The position numbers were made by a program, and so were the translations under genes. The notes beneath the pieces are model-generated. The model searched no databases. It worked only from the letters and a program-made list of their open reading frames with translations, and was not told where the DNA came from. From positions 124,001 through 188,000 of the forward strand of contig JAQGDQ010000445.1 of the NCBI GenBank assembly GCA_030141605.1: a DNA stretch of 64,000 nt, written 5' to 3'. The stretch is from Tubiluchus corallicola. Lineage: Eukaryota; Animalia; Priapulida. Below are positions 26,870 through 40,773 of the stretch, in pieces (position 1 is the stretch's first letter; every line of letters starts with the position of its first letter).

Positions 26870-27514
26870 AAAATTAAAGCTAGATTGTCTCGAACTATGA
26901 GATGAATTATTCAAAATCAAGAGTCTGGAACTAACATGCTTTGTGCAAACAAACTGAAAAAGCAATGAACGCACAATAAAAGCAAATATTGAAACAGGCA
27001 AGTAACCAACCCTGCACGTCTCCCTGCCACAATCAGATCTGCAAAAGAGGAACCAGAAAGTCAATGAATTCTTATCAGAGAACCACTTCTGATTCGATTT
27101 GTAAGATAGCAAGGCAAATTGTAAGATAACCATTGTAAGGCAACCATTATAAAAAATCGTAGTGAAACCTTGACTGTGTCAAAGACAAAGATTAGTGGCT
27201 ATCAGATTTGCAATAACACAGATCGTACTACAGAATCACTGAAGGACACCATGAAAAAACTCGCTGAAAAAAATTTCAACAAAAAATGTGTAAATGACTT
27301 ACAGCTAACATATTATATTTGTCATTTGCAAGTAGAAGCTGCTGCAACTAGTTTGAAAAACGTGTATTTTTGAAGACACGTGTAGGTAGTAATTGTACTC
27401 TTTCTCTCCCATATCCATTTTAACCTGTCTCGTTTATTATTGTACGACTTTTATTGTTTTATGCAGTTAACTTTTCACGAAGGTATAGCGTACTTTAATA
27501 AATAAATAAATAAT
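26870..27514 (+). mobile_element. Heavily decayed non-LTR 3' end (RTE-X-like)
   Basis: Broken motifs IETGK*, ICKR and ENHF..D.C; ends in an (AATA)n tail at 27498-27514. Confidence 0.45.
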
Positions 27515-27681
27515 TAAAATAAAACAGCGGCCTCTTTGGTTTATGTCTTTCAGAAACTACACCATTTTTAAATAAATACAATTTTATTTATCTCACCCTT
27601 CATTTCAGCTTAAAATCATCATTATAACGCACTAAAAATAAATTGCTATACACACACATACGGCACGCACACATATATGTA

Positions 27682-28078
<397 letters not shown>

Positions 28079-28379
28079 AAGTTGTGCAAAACGAAATGTT
28101 TTCATTTCAATTCGAAATAACAATCACGCCATTTTCTTTGCGATATTTTAGTAAATTTCAAGCTTCTCGATCAATCTACATGCTATTTTTCCTGATTACT
28201 GAACAAATAATTTGTGTAGTCAATTTTTTCTAAAGATTATTTTCGACAAAAGTTATAAAGACGACATTAAATGTGTAACTAGTCTCTGTCATAAAAGAAA
28301 ACCGAATACACCGAACAGCCCATGCTATAAGATTCATCCGAAAATTGAAATTCCGCTGGCTTAATGCATGCAGCTTATA

Positions 28380-29200
28380 AATCAGACAACATAAACATCA
28401 CGTTGCTAGTGCAATCAGTAATTCTAAACTCGCCTTGCATCAACAACAACCCCCCCCCTCCCTTCTCCGTTTAGTTCAGCGACATCGGTAAACCGCACGC
28501 GCGCGCCGCTCAACCTGTTAAGCCTGAGCCGATTTGAATTATATAATATACAGCCTGCGCTGATTCATCACTCACATACCGCAGAAAATGTAAATTCACC
28601 ATCACACAGCGCAGTCTTGTACGTACAGTAGCATCAACGCGCGCATGCAGCAGGCGCATCAGTATGCCTGACCACCCCTGCGCAGGAATGCAAGTGTCTG
28701 CAATATCGATCCACCGCTGCACAAATCTACCGTATTTTACAAAATTACAGCTGAACGATACAGTATAACTAGCACAGACAGAAAACACGTGAAAAACAAC
28801 AAGCATTTTATAAAATGAATTAAACGATGAAACGATATTATGTGTTTAAACGTACTTACGGTTACTGCGTATGGCGCTCTATGCTTATCACACAATGCGG
28901 GTAGTTGCTCACGGTTGAAGCGTTGTATGGGACTTGCGGCAGCTAGCTATTGATGAGTGGAAGAAGTGCAAGAAGCGTCACGTGATCGACGTTCAGCCAA
29001 TAGGCAACGGCGTCGTCACACGGTTTTAGAGATGAACCCAACCATCGCAAATAAGCGAAGAATTCTGCATAAACTTTGTCCCTAGGCGATGGATGGATCG
29101 AATAACCGCAAGAGCATGAAATCAAACGGCTGCCGAATAGAGCTGACTGCGACGTAGGCTTCCGGAAAAACCCGCAAACAGGAAACAATAGAAAATAGCT
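28380..29200. promoter_or_regulatory. Promoter-like CpG-rich island
   Basis: GC/CpG-rich unique DNA with E-box GTCACGTGA (~28977), CCAAT box AGCCAATAG (~28995), ETS-like TTCCGGAA/CAGGAA (~29160-29185), NRF1-like GCGCATGCA (~28641), and a minus-strand splice donor AACC|GTAAGT at ~28854-28860. Confidence 0.45.
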
Positions 29201-29767
29201 AAGGTATAACTTCTAAATTAATGTCAGCACGCAACATGGACAATTTTATACTCCGTAAACGCTGAATATAGGAAAAGGATAACAAGACAGAAACCTTAAT
29301 TCTTTAACAACGAAATCCAGACACTAGATAATTCTGTTTAACTGCGACAGCAAATAGAGATAGACTACAGTACGATACCTCTCTATACGAATCACCAGAT
29401 GCTAGCATAATGCAAACAGAAAAAAACAACTTCATAATCTGCGAATACGAAGAAATAAAAGTCTATAATAGGATCAACAATATTTCGCAATGATGTAGAC
29501 GTTGTATGAGCTAATGAAGAAAAGACAACGTCTCAAAATATATTTCAACACGTGAAAGAATTTCCAAATGAAACATTATCACCACCGTGACAAAAAAACT
29601 TCTAAAGATTTTATCCTAATTTTTGAATTGGTTGAAATATTAGCGAGATACGTAGAGAATCTTTATAAACTGCGCTACACATTTCTTATTATTTCACGAT
29701 GAACCTATGAAATTAATGAAATAAAGGATAAGCTATAACTAGGAAAGGGAAAAGACAAATATACTCT

Positions 29768-30182
29768 AGTAAGTAAGTAAGCGCAATTTATTGTCATTAT
29801 AGCATAATACGTGCAATGAAATTTATGTGGTTTTACGTACTGCAATAACTTATGGAAACAACAAGGAGATTAACACAAATAACTCAATCAGTTGTACACT
29901 GACATAGAGAATTAATATTGGAGATTTACTGAAATTTACTGTTGATGGGGCGAATTGCAATGGGATAGAAAGAATTTAAAATTCTTGTGGTTTTAGCGTT
30001 AATTGAGCGGAATCTACGACCAGAGGGGAGCATTTCAAAGTTTTATTAGCTGGATGGAATTCATCTTTCATGATATCTTGCGCTCTCTCTGCGATCCTGG
30101 TTTCATACAAATGTGCCATAGATTACTGTTCAATTCCTACAATTTCTGAGGCGTATTTAACAATTTGATCAAGTATTTTCTG
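29768..30182 (-). mobile_element. Rex1/Babar-like LINE 3' end, copy 1
   Basis: Minus strand translates (with stop/frameshift) to ...DIMKDEFHPA..FEMLPSGRRFRSINAKTTRILNSFYPIAIRPIN; (CTTA)n tail. Confidence 0.85.
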
Positions 30183-30754
30183 TACTTACCTAGCATTATC
30201 AACATACAACTGGCCGCAGTTTGTACTATAGGCCTGCGTACATTTGCCGCAACGTATAAGATTTGATGAAACAGAGAAATTTGAGGCAGGAAAAAAAGGG
30301 ATCGCTCCCATACCCATTTAATTTTTTTATTTTCATTAAATATTCGCGGTGCACTTCATGAGCACCACATAAAACTAGAAAGTGCTTGAAATTAATGCAA
30401 ATTAGGAACTCCAGCTGTTTACTGAAAATGTCTATGCTGCACTCTATGCACCTACGATGAATTACGCAGTAGGACACCTAGACATCAAACTCAAATGAGA
30501 GCTGTAAGGACTTTTCAAAGTCACCCCTGAATTTCATACCGCTTCAAAAAACTGCCTTCAACAAAACCCGCATGCGCTAGGCCATAGATATGCATACGAG
30601 TAATCGAAGAATCATCAGAAACTAATTTGGCAAATCAGCTGTGAGCACGTATAGGATAGTAGATTTATGAAAAGTAATTCGTACACACAAATACTTTTAT
30701 CCGTAACTTTTAACTAGTCCTTTTTATCTGTATATATATATATATATAATATAT

Positions 30755-31230
30755 ATATATAATAATCTTTATTTGCCATTAAAATACATTGATAATCACT
30801 GATAAAAACTTTACAGAGATGATCAATCAGCGTTAGTTAATAAAAACTTACACTGCTAAAGGCAAATGCGTCAGTGCAATCTAAACTACTGTGCAGTAAT
30901 GGAAAGTAACGACGAATAAAATCAAACATATTTACAACTATGCACAAAAAATGAAAAAAAAACTATGATTTAATTAATATGACCGTGGATATATAAATTC
31001 TGAATTAGTGTGCATGTTGTCGTACTGGTGTGATGGTATTTCATATCTGGTTAATATTGGTGATTTTAATTTTGTTTTAAATGCTGATAGGGACTTGATT
31101 TGTTTAACCTGAAATGGTAGAGAATTCCAAAGGAGAATTGCTTGCTTGATTACAGAGTTCGTTCCGTAGTGGGCGTTTGTCATAATTTGTTTTAGATTAC
31201 TTGTTCTGGAATTAACGATAGGATTTGGAA
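30755..31230 (-). mobile_element. L2/Crack-like LINE 3' end, copy 1
   Basis: ORF 30974-31183 TNAHYGTNSVIKQAILLWNSLPFQVKQIKSLSAFKTKLK is a typical ORF2 C-terminus; AATAAA and tail at ~30770; second copy at 51899-52222. Confidence 0.82.
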
Positions 31231-31300
31231 AAAAGCTAAAATTTTATTCTGTTCCGTAGGCCTCTAGCCTGCTTTTGATCACGCTTTAACACTTTACACT

Positions 31301-31770
31301 TAATAAAGATCACGTATTAATAAAAAAAATGTCTAATGCGAACCGTATACATTCTCTCGAACAGAAAATGGTTTCAGTCGTGTGTAGAAGAGTGTTGAAT
31401 ACAACATCGTACGAAGACGTTTGATAAACCCACATCAACTGCTTTCACATCTTACAATTTCTTGTAAATATTTTTAATAAAAATTACGTATTAAATAAAA
31501 AATTGTGTAGTGCGAACCACATACATTCTCTAGAATTTTCAATTGAGTGTAAAAAAGTGTTAAATACGACGTACGAAGACGTTTGATGAACTCACACCAA
31601 CTGCTGTCACGTCTTAAACTTTTTTGTACATATTTTTAATATTTTTTAATAAAAATCACGTCTTAAATAAAAAATTGTGTAATGCGAACCACATACATTC
31701 TCTAGAACTGTCAATCGTGTGTAAAAAAGTTTTGAATACACCGTGCGAAGACGTTTGATAAACCCACACC
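31301..31770. repeat. Tandem repeat, ~173-bp unit x2.7
   Basis: Recurring TGCGAACC..ATACATTCTCT.GAA ... CGAAGACGTTTGAT.AAC.CACA. Confidence 0.88.
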
Positions 31771-32726
31771 TACAGCAGCGAATCAACAATTCAGAAAGAA
31801 CCTGCCCATAGCTGCTCAAAGCCTCAGACTCAGCACTGTGGTGGCAGCCATGTTGGAAAATTTGCTTGCAGGGTGAAGCAATTTTTTCAGCTCAAAGGCT
31901 ATCATCAGCCAATAATTACAGCACAGCTACTGTATGACCGAATTGTAAGAAAAATATGTGCATTACGAATAGGCGGGGCAGTCATTCTTACTCACCCAAT
32001 TATTTAACAAATAATTAATACAGAGCTCGATAATTATTAGGCTATAAAACCGCGCGGGTCACGTGACATATATGCCGGTAGTTTAGGCTCTCAGCAATCG
32101 TAAACGTCTGTAATGGCGTTGTAGTTTGTCTTGTTATTAACTCATTAGATTGTTCATTAGTTAAGTAATTATGCAGGTTAATTACAGGTGAAACGCCGAC
32201 ACGATACATTTTTACCGTGAACTAAGTTAAGAATAATTCCAACATTTCACTCACGCAGAATCCAATATTTCTCAATAGGCCGATAGTGCTTTTAATATAT
32301 ATTTGGGACTATCCATAGGTTTTTGAAAAGCATAAAAATATTCCCACATACTGTAAGTCCTTATAAAATGGGCCACATATCAAAAAAAAATCAAGTATTA
32401 AGTTCGGCAAACTATTGTTGATAATTGATTTAGCTGTGATCAACTTTCGTGTTGAATTTACATTTTGCTTCAAATTATAGCATCTCTATAAAATGCACAT
32501 AAGATAAAGGTAAGTTGTTAATAGGTCTAAACACAAATGAAATGCGAAACTGTGACATTTACGGTTTTACTTTACACCACACGAAACCAAGTGGTGTTCG
32601 CCTAAATTTTATTTTGAGGAGACTTATCACAATATTTCTGGAACGTCATAATTAATTTATAATATAGAGCGAACATTACATATAAACCGAACGATTTCTG
32701 AATGCTTTTACGATGTTTATGGTTAG

Positions 32727-33345
32727 AGGAAGACAGAATGGTTTTTCCTATACTACCCCATCTTCAAGTCGGATAAAAAATATACATTTAAAACAATTAA
32801 TACCGCTCAAGCGTTTCTGATCATTAAATAATAAATAAAAAACTTAGTTAACGGCGGGCGAGCGCAACTATTAATGACATCACAAACTAACATAATTTCC
32901 AACTGCATAAATATTCCATGAGCGTGTTGAACGTGTTTGCGAAAGCGAAAATTGAAGTGCAGTGCTACTGTAAAATATTCAGTGTGTTGTACTAAAACTA
33001 GGCAAGTTTTAAGATAAAAATTCAAATTTCAAATTTACTGCTGTGCTAATGCACGAGATATGGAACGTGTGTAGTTCGTCACAAACTAACACATCTGAAC
33101 TGAGATACAGCACCTGTTTTTTGTGCAACGTACTTCTGTAATGCAGGTACTAGTGCCCGTCTAACTAGCGAGTGGGGAAATGCATGTAACAGCGAAGAAC
33201 TAGTGGCGCGAACGTGAAATTATGTTTGTGCGGTAATAATTCTTTCACGCAAGTCAACTTTTTAAAAAAATAGTTATGTTTCCTTTCAATATTTCAAAGA
33301 GGAGATTGTTTTGACCTACAGTTAAAGATCGCATCTGGTTTTGCT
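32727..33345 (+). mobile_element. Kolobok-like family A, full copy
   Basis: TTAG (mutated TTAA)-AGGAAGACAGAATG ... CTGGTTTTGCT-TTAA; colinear with 2765-3356. Confidence 0.87.
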
Positions 33346-34429
33346 TTAAGCGGAGTACACGTTACATATACGCCGCACGATTTCTGATGCTTTTAAGATG
33401 TTTAGGTGTACCGGGTAATTATTGTACCATAAAAAATAAAATCAATATGGATTAAGTTGAAGAAAACGACAACCCATACAGATAAACAAAAGGTACTAAT
33501 TTGCTCTATCTTTCTTCTCTTTCAGCAAAACAGTGAACGCATTTTCGACAAGTTTATTTTCCAGTATGAGAATTAATGTCAATTGGAAATTTCATTTACG
33601 ACTGTATGCATAGATTTTTGAGTTAAATGGTATAGCTTTGTTAGCGGACATATAACCGCATCACTGTGATTATCATATAGGTAAAATATTTGTTTATCAA
33701 ATGTGTACAAATGCTTAGTTAATAGTTTTTTCGCTTCACGGAGTTTACAACTAAATTTGTATATCTTTGTATTTACCTTGTGCAGCTATGTTGAGTCAAA
33801 TTGTTAGTATGATCTGGAAATCATTACCCGAGCTCTGCCCGCTGATAAAACCATCGGGTATGCGTCGAGTTTGTAATTTTCGTGTTTGAAATTTAATTTT
33901 CTGAAATAAAATATCTATATCTATCTATAGCGTCTATAGATAGGCGACATGTGATCGATAGGCCTAACGACTTGTTCAGGTATATATCTGGTTCTACTAA
34001 TTCCTCAAATTACGACTAACTTAGAAGTAAAACGAAAAACTAATCATAATATAATATGCAATGTCACTGAGCGTATTCTAATAGCCACACTAAAACCGGA
34101 AATTCATGGCGGGTATTTCCGATATAAATTCGTTTTGGTTTTGTTAATTGTTCGAGGAACAATTCTTTTCGTCGGAGAATAAGACTGTTTTTCTACATAG
34201 AAAACTCAAGCAAACGAGTATATATACTCTGGAAAAAAATACACTTTCACGAAAATAAATTAATTCGTGTTACACACTGTAGTTGCTGCTCAGACAATTA
34301 AATATATTGAGAAATAAGCAAGTTTATTTGGTTTCTGAAATTTAGACTACGGTTTCTTAAACACGCGTTTTGAAGAGGAAACTGCTCGATAATTTTAAAG
34401 AAATTAAGTTTTCAGTTGTAATAAAATCA

Positions 34430-35460
34430 TTGGTGTTTTAATTTGGCTCACGAAAGCGCTGAGCGATGGTGAAATATAGAAGTTCACGATTAACGTCAAA
34501 CCTTCAATATGGCGGCTGTGTGTAGAGCCTTTGATTTAGCGAAAAAATTGAGTGCTTGATTTGACTTACGAAATCTGTGAGCAACGGTGAAATATAGGAG
34601 CTCACGACTCACGCTTAACTTTCAATATGGCGGCTGTAGAGCGTTTGATCCAGGGAAAAAATTGAGTGTTTAATTTGACTCACGAAATCTATGAGCGAGG
34701 GTAAAATATATGAGTTCATGACTCACACTTAACTTTCAATATGGCGGCTGCAGAGCCTTTGGGTAGCGAAAAAATTGAGTGCTTAATTTGACTCACGAAA
34801 TCTGTGAGCAACGGTGAAATATAGGAGCTCACGACTCACGCTTAACTTTCAATATGGCGGCTGTAGAGCGTTTGATCCAGGGAAAAAATTGAGTGTTTAA
34901 TTTGACTCACGAAATCTATGAGCGTGGGTGAAATATAGGCGCTCACGACTCACGCTTAACTTTCAATATGGCGGCTGTAGAGCGTTTGATCCAGCGAAAA
35001 AATTGAGTGCTTAATTTGACTCACGAAATCTGTGAGCAACGGTGAAATATAAGAGCTCACGACTCACGCTTAACTTTCAATATGGCGGCTGTAGAGCGTT
35101 TGATCCAGGGAAAAAATTGAGTGTTTAATTTGACTCACGAAATCTATGAGCGAGGGTGAAATATAGGAGCTCACGACTCACGCTTAACTTTCAATATGGC
35201 TGCTGTATCTAGCGAAAAAACTGAGTGCTTAGTTTGACTCACGAAATCTATGAGCGATGGTGAAATATATGAGTTCACGACACACGGTTAACTTTCAATA
35301 TGGCTGCTGTATCTAGCGAAAAAACTGAGTGCTTAGTTTGACTGAAGAAATCTATGAGCGATGGTGAAATATAGAAGTTCACGATTAACATCTAACTTTC
35401 AATATGGCGGCTGTAGGTAGAGCCTTTGATCCGGCGAAAAAATTGAATGCTTAATTTTAA
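34430..35460. repeat. Satellite, ~114-bp unit x9
   Basis: Unit GAAAAAATTGAGTG.TTAATTTGACTCACGAAATCT.TGAGC...GGTGAAATATAGGAGCTCACGACTCACGCTTAACTTTCAATATGGCGGCTGTAGAGC.TTTGATCCAG. Confidence 0.95.
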
Positions 35461-35699
35461 CCACATAAATTACAGGAAGTATTTTATTCATACCTGATTT
35501 ATTAGCTGCTTACACTTAAACGTGAGAAAAATTTATCTGACTCCGCACATCTATCATCTATATATCTACATTAAAGGTTAGTTTTTTTTTATACCTTAGT
35601 TTTATGACAGCTTTGTGATTGAGTTAGCTGATCTCAAAACACACGATTTTACTTGCTCACCATTATCATCCATCTTATTCCAATAATTATTCATATCTT

Positions 35700-36962
35700 A
35701 TATTTATATTTTAATGGGTTATCACAATTACAAATCACACAATACACACACACCGATTATAAAGATACAATTACACACATAAACAGGGCTACAAAAAACC
35801 TATACCATGTTATCAAGAACACAATTACACACATATACAGGGCTACAAAAAAACCTATACCATGTTATCAAGAACACAATTACACACATATACAGGGCTA
35901 CAAAAAACCTATACCACGTTATCAAGAACACAGTCACACAAGTCAAACTCAACAATTTAAACCAAAGACACGACATCAAATCTTGATGTATAAACCCAAT
36001 GATACAGCATAAACAGAAATTTAAGATAGCTGCATACACATATAGTATTTAGTTTACACAACTGATGTGAGTTTTATATATATACAGTGGACTCTCGTTA
36101 TAAGAATCACCTCGGGAGAAGGCAAAGTGATTCTTATAACGAGCGATTCTTATAACGAGCATGACCCAGAATTGCTTTAAAAATTTTTTATGCACATAAA
36201 AATTATTTATTTCCCGAAATTACGCTAGAAACGACATGAAACAGCATAATGTTTTTCTGGCCTAAAAAGGACCTAAAAATTCCTAGACTAATGTTTTTAT
36301 TTCATGGTTGGGTAAATATTTCATGATGCCAGAATTGCCTTAAAATTTTTTTAATGCACATAATTTTTTTTCCGAAATTGTGCTGGAGACTACAGAAAAC
36401 TCTACATCTACTGCTTGAAAAATATCGATAGCTTGCTTGGCTTCATTTCTCCTCTGGTGAGGCGGTCAATTTCGGCTCCCAACCAGCTCCCGGCGCCAAA
36501 ATTGATTCTACTATCGAAGGAAGGGTGATTCTTATACGAGCGGATTTTCACTAGGAAAATGCCGATTCAATTCGGGAAACGCGATTTTGATTCTTATATT
36601 GAGCTGATTCTTATACGTGTGATTCTTGTAACGAGAGTCCACTGTAGTTCGTTTATTTTCAATTTATAATAATTACATTCGGGAACTGACACATTTCAAA
36701 ACAAAATTACAAGCAATTTGGAGAATTTCTGAATCGTTTGAGCCTAATAGTAATTTTAGTTTGTCATCATCTAACAAGTAGGTAAAATTTGGATATATAG
36801 AGCTAATTTCCGTATTAAGGATGTTTTTTAGTTGTTCGTATCTACTACAGTGCAAGAGTAAATGCGTATCGTCTTCTATATCTGGTCTGTTTGGGTCGCA
36901 CTGTGTAGAGTATCTTTGATTGGCTGAGATTTTGTTAGGTCCATAATGTCTACCGGTTTCTA
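35700..36962 (-). mobile_element. RTE-X-like LINE 3' end interrupted by a Tigger-like MITE
   Basis: Minus strand 36962-36673 reads ETGRHYGPNKISANQRYSTQCDPNRPDIEDDTHLLLHCSRYEQLKNIL...*. The putative 3' UTR continues past the MITE and contains a 54-bp x3 repeat (35767-35935). Confidence 0.75.
36085..36644. mobile_element. Tc1/mariner (pogo/Tigger-like) MITE
   Basis: 26-bp TIRs CAGTGGACTCTCGTTA(T/C)AAGAATCAC; TA TSD; subterminal GATTCTTATA repeats. Confidence 0.93.
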
Positions 36963-37019
36963 AAAAACATATAGATCAACATGCATTTGAATTTTAAAAT
37001 AAGCCTATATATATATAGC

Positions 37020-37185
37020 TCACGAAACTGACACTGTAGAGTTCATGATGATGGTTATCGCGGTACCGCCTTCTATTTGTCGGCCACGCGAATGTGACAA
37101 AAAGGCGTCGCTGCCAATCTTAGTGGATTCACTGAATCGCGAGTAGCTTTGAAAGTTTAACGAAATTTGAGTATCCGAGGTAATA
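37020..37185 (+). repeat. Internal fragment of family C
   Basis: Matches 37930-38083 (GCCTTCTATTTGTCGGCCACGCGAATGTGACAAAAAGGCG...CCGAGGTAAT). Confidence 0.85.
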
Positions 37186-37647
37186 TATATATATATACTA
37201 TTTTTTAATGGTGAAAAAGGACCTGTTTTGCATAGTGCCAAGCCACCACAATTAACTTCTGTAAATGAAAAATTTATAAAAGCAGTGTTGCTAGGACTCT
37301 TACAGTCGTACACTGACCTCACACATTTTCTTCTACTTTGTATTGTACTGCATGTATGAAGTAAATACGTCTTATATCTTATATATGTATCAATCATTTA
37401 TATGATGTTATGTTATGTAGTTTATCACAGTTATATGATCGTCGCATAGATTTTCGTTTATGATGAGATTTAGAATCCACTAAACTTCAACGTAATTTTT
37501 CTTATCAAATGAGAAATAAAAAAGGTGCTAAACGTGTAACCCAGTTTGTATATTTATAATACCTAGACAAAGTTCACTAAAAACAAGCAAATTACATATA
37601 CTTTCATTAAGTATATAATCTATACTATATATATAGAAAATTATTAA

Positions 37648-38187
37648 AGGAATCTCGGACAATTGTTTAGACTCAATCTCATTTTAATTTACTGTCCAAA
37701 ATATACATTTTCTTGCCTATATAAGTTAACAATTGTTTCTTATATTTGAATAATTCGCTTAGAAAGTTAGTTAACGGCGACCGAAAGCAGCTATTGCTTA
37801 CGTCAGAAACTAACCACAGTTTGTGCAATGGCAGGCGTCTTCCCTTGCACGTCAAGCACATTTGCATAAGTGTTACGGTACTGTTTAAACGCACGATGTC
37901 ACGAAAAATGAGCTCTACATGATATGACGTCATGAAACAACACAGCAGTTCGTGATCATGGTTATCGCCTTCTATTTGTCGGCCACGCGAATGTGACAAA
38001 AAGGCGCCGCTGCCAATCTTAGTAGATTCACTGTGCCGTGCGTAGCTTTGAAAGTTTAACGAAATTTGAGTAACCGAGGTAATTATTATTTAATATAAGC
38101 TTTGATTTAAAATAAGCTATTGTAGTTTTCAATAATTTAGAGCATTCTTTATTCTGAACTCATGTTTACACAATCATCCGGTTTCCT
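37648..38187 (+). mobile_element. Kolobok-like family C
   Basis: TTAA-AGGAATCTCGGA ... TCCGGTTTCCT-TTAA; distant similarity to family A (TTAACGGCG..CGA..GC.ACTA). Confidence 0.78.
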
Positions 38188-38191
38188 TTAA

Positions 38192-38570
38192 CAATTTAAA
38201 ATTTTCGCGCCAGCTGGAAAGCGTCACTGACTCGCTTTCCCTGTGTGCACCACTGACACACCAAAAAACATTTATTAATCTTACTGGAAATAGTTATCTT
38301 AGTTAGATTACCTGTTTAGTTAGCAAGGAATGCGCTACGAATACTCTGATTGTTTTTTCAAACTTTATGCAATGTTTTCTGAACTTGTTTTAAACGACAT
38401 ACCGCTAAAATGGCTGCGCCTAACGGCCATCGGGGAAGTTTAAATTTACGAGTTTTATACACCGTTACTGCTAACGCAAGCTCTGTACGCAGTGAAGCAG
38501 CGTGTAAGTGGTCTAAATTTCAAAATGAATTTCCTTAGCATTCCTTAGCAAGGGTTTACTTGGCATTTAA
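38192..38570 (+). mobile_element. Kolobok-like family B, 3' part
   Basis: Homology to the other B copies. Confidence 0.78.
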
Positions 38571-40159
38571 ACTTGAACTTACTAACATATACTTAATATT
38601 AATTAATTAATAATATATACTTAAGACGAGCCTGTACTTATAACGAAATATGGATAAATAATCACAGTATACATCATTATTTCTTTTTACATATGTATAT
38701 TACACAGTGCGATAGTTACAGTGCATCCCGCGAATGGTTACATTACAGTTTATATTTTCATACGTTTGCATCACGTCTCTGCTGAACTCCTTTCTATTTC
38801 ATTTCTCTTCTCCTTTTCTCCATCTTTGTCTATTATTTTATCTTAACTATTCTCTGTTTTTCCTATTTTTTCTCTTGTTAAGCAGTTTTTTCTCCACTGT
38901 TGCAGGTACAAATGTTTTGGTCCATTAACCTTTCTCAAGGTAGTATATGCATTAGAAGCCAGAATATATTAGACTGTAGTTCAACAAGCTAGACTACTTT
39001 TTCTACTCTGACATTGTATAGGTGGAACTTGTTATGTACACACGTCTCTGTTACATTTTAAAATTTGACTTGTAATTATACTGCTACCATTTACTGACAT
39101 TCTGGCTTTTTCTCGACTCAATATTGGACCAACAATGTATGTATGCATTTTTAGCTTTTTAGTGTAACGTAGTAATCTGTAGCACTTATTTTTCTTGCAC
39201 TTATTTCAGTAGATTTGTAGATGTAGTAATTGTAGAGTACAGAAAATTTGCATTTTTGCAGAATAAACTAACATAGATATGGGAACGCAACTTTGGTTTG
39301 AGCGTATACATTACATACACCTTTGCTCCACCTTACAAGCTTTGCTTCTTGACCACCATGCAGTATATTTCTCCTGTTAATAAACTATTAGGTAATTATT
39401 AACTATATTAACGTAGTTCTTTCTATAATTATTTGATGTGAAATGTAATACGTGTAATTGATGTGATATATAGTTACAATGTGATAATGTAATTAGACGA
39501 TAAATTACAATTACGATTACAATTACATATTTTAGGAAGAGGGCCAATAATAGGACTAATTAGGCCTACTATTATTTACCCAAATTGCATAAGAATGTCA
39601 ATGAATGTTATAAATTCTGGCAATCAAAACAATTTTCTCAATTTTAAAACGTCGCTTGTCATCAATGTTACGTCTACGAAGAAGCCAACATTAGGCGGTA
39701 AGCTAACAGCTAAAACATACATTTCTGTAGACAAAGCAAGATAACGGCCGGCAATGAGGGTATGCGGGCAGCTAGACGTAATCTACAGAAGCGCACGGTT
39801 ATAGTGGCTATCACTGTCAATTTACTTCGCGTTCAAAACAAGCATTTTTTAGAAAAACGATATCGCAGAGTGTTCGTGATTTCGTGATAAAATTTAAAAA
39901 AATCAACTATCTGACTTGTACAAGAGAGTTTAGGAGTGCAGGCAGGCATGTACAAGGTAAAATCTCAAAAGACGTAAAATACATAATAGGCGAAAAATAT
40001 CATTCTTCAAAAGTATCAAAACATCAATTTTCATTCAACATAAATGTTATTGCCTCACCATCAATGTGTTATATACTTACCAGCTACCGCCGCAATATAG
40101 TTAAAAAATATTTTACATCTTCTTATACATAATTATTTATCAAAATACAATTAGATTTA

Positions 40160-40412
40160 AAAAGGAATTTTAAGCTGTGTCCCAAAAATCTTTCCATACA
40201 AAGTTATATTACAAATTGGAAAAGAAAATTTTTAATACGATACTTTAAAATGTTCGCGCCAGTCAGAAAAAATGTCTCTTCCCAGCGTGCACCACTGACT
40301 CACCAAAAAACGTATTATTCTTATTCACAGGATAAAGTAATTGTTTTTTTTAGTTAGTGAAGTGTGTGCCACGAATACTCTGATTAATTTTTCAAACTTT
40401 GTGCAATGTTAC
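40160..40412 (+). mobile_element. Kolobok-like family B, internal fragment
   Basis: Close reverse-complement match to 57080-57350. Confidence 0.75.
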
Positions 40413-40773
40413 TTAAGCTTCCTGTGACTAAAATATACGTTTTTTGGGAGAATGACGCATTTACGATTCAACGCCATCTTGAAAATGTTAGAAACAGCGT
40501 ACAATAAGATAAAAAAAACGTTTGCATAAGCAAAAGAAATTTAAATGACACAAAGTGCTTTTACTGTAGAATATCTCCAGTCTCATTGAAAACAAGGAGC
40601 AGGTCAGAGAAAGGATAAAAAAAGGGAGGATTGAAGGGATTAAAATTAAAGACACGAAGACTATGGCGAAATTACGACACATTAAAAATGTCCTAAAAAT
40701 CAGATATAAAACGAGAAACATAAAAGCTAGGCCACGCGTCTTTTATACACCACAAACATATGCATTATGTTAG

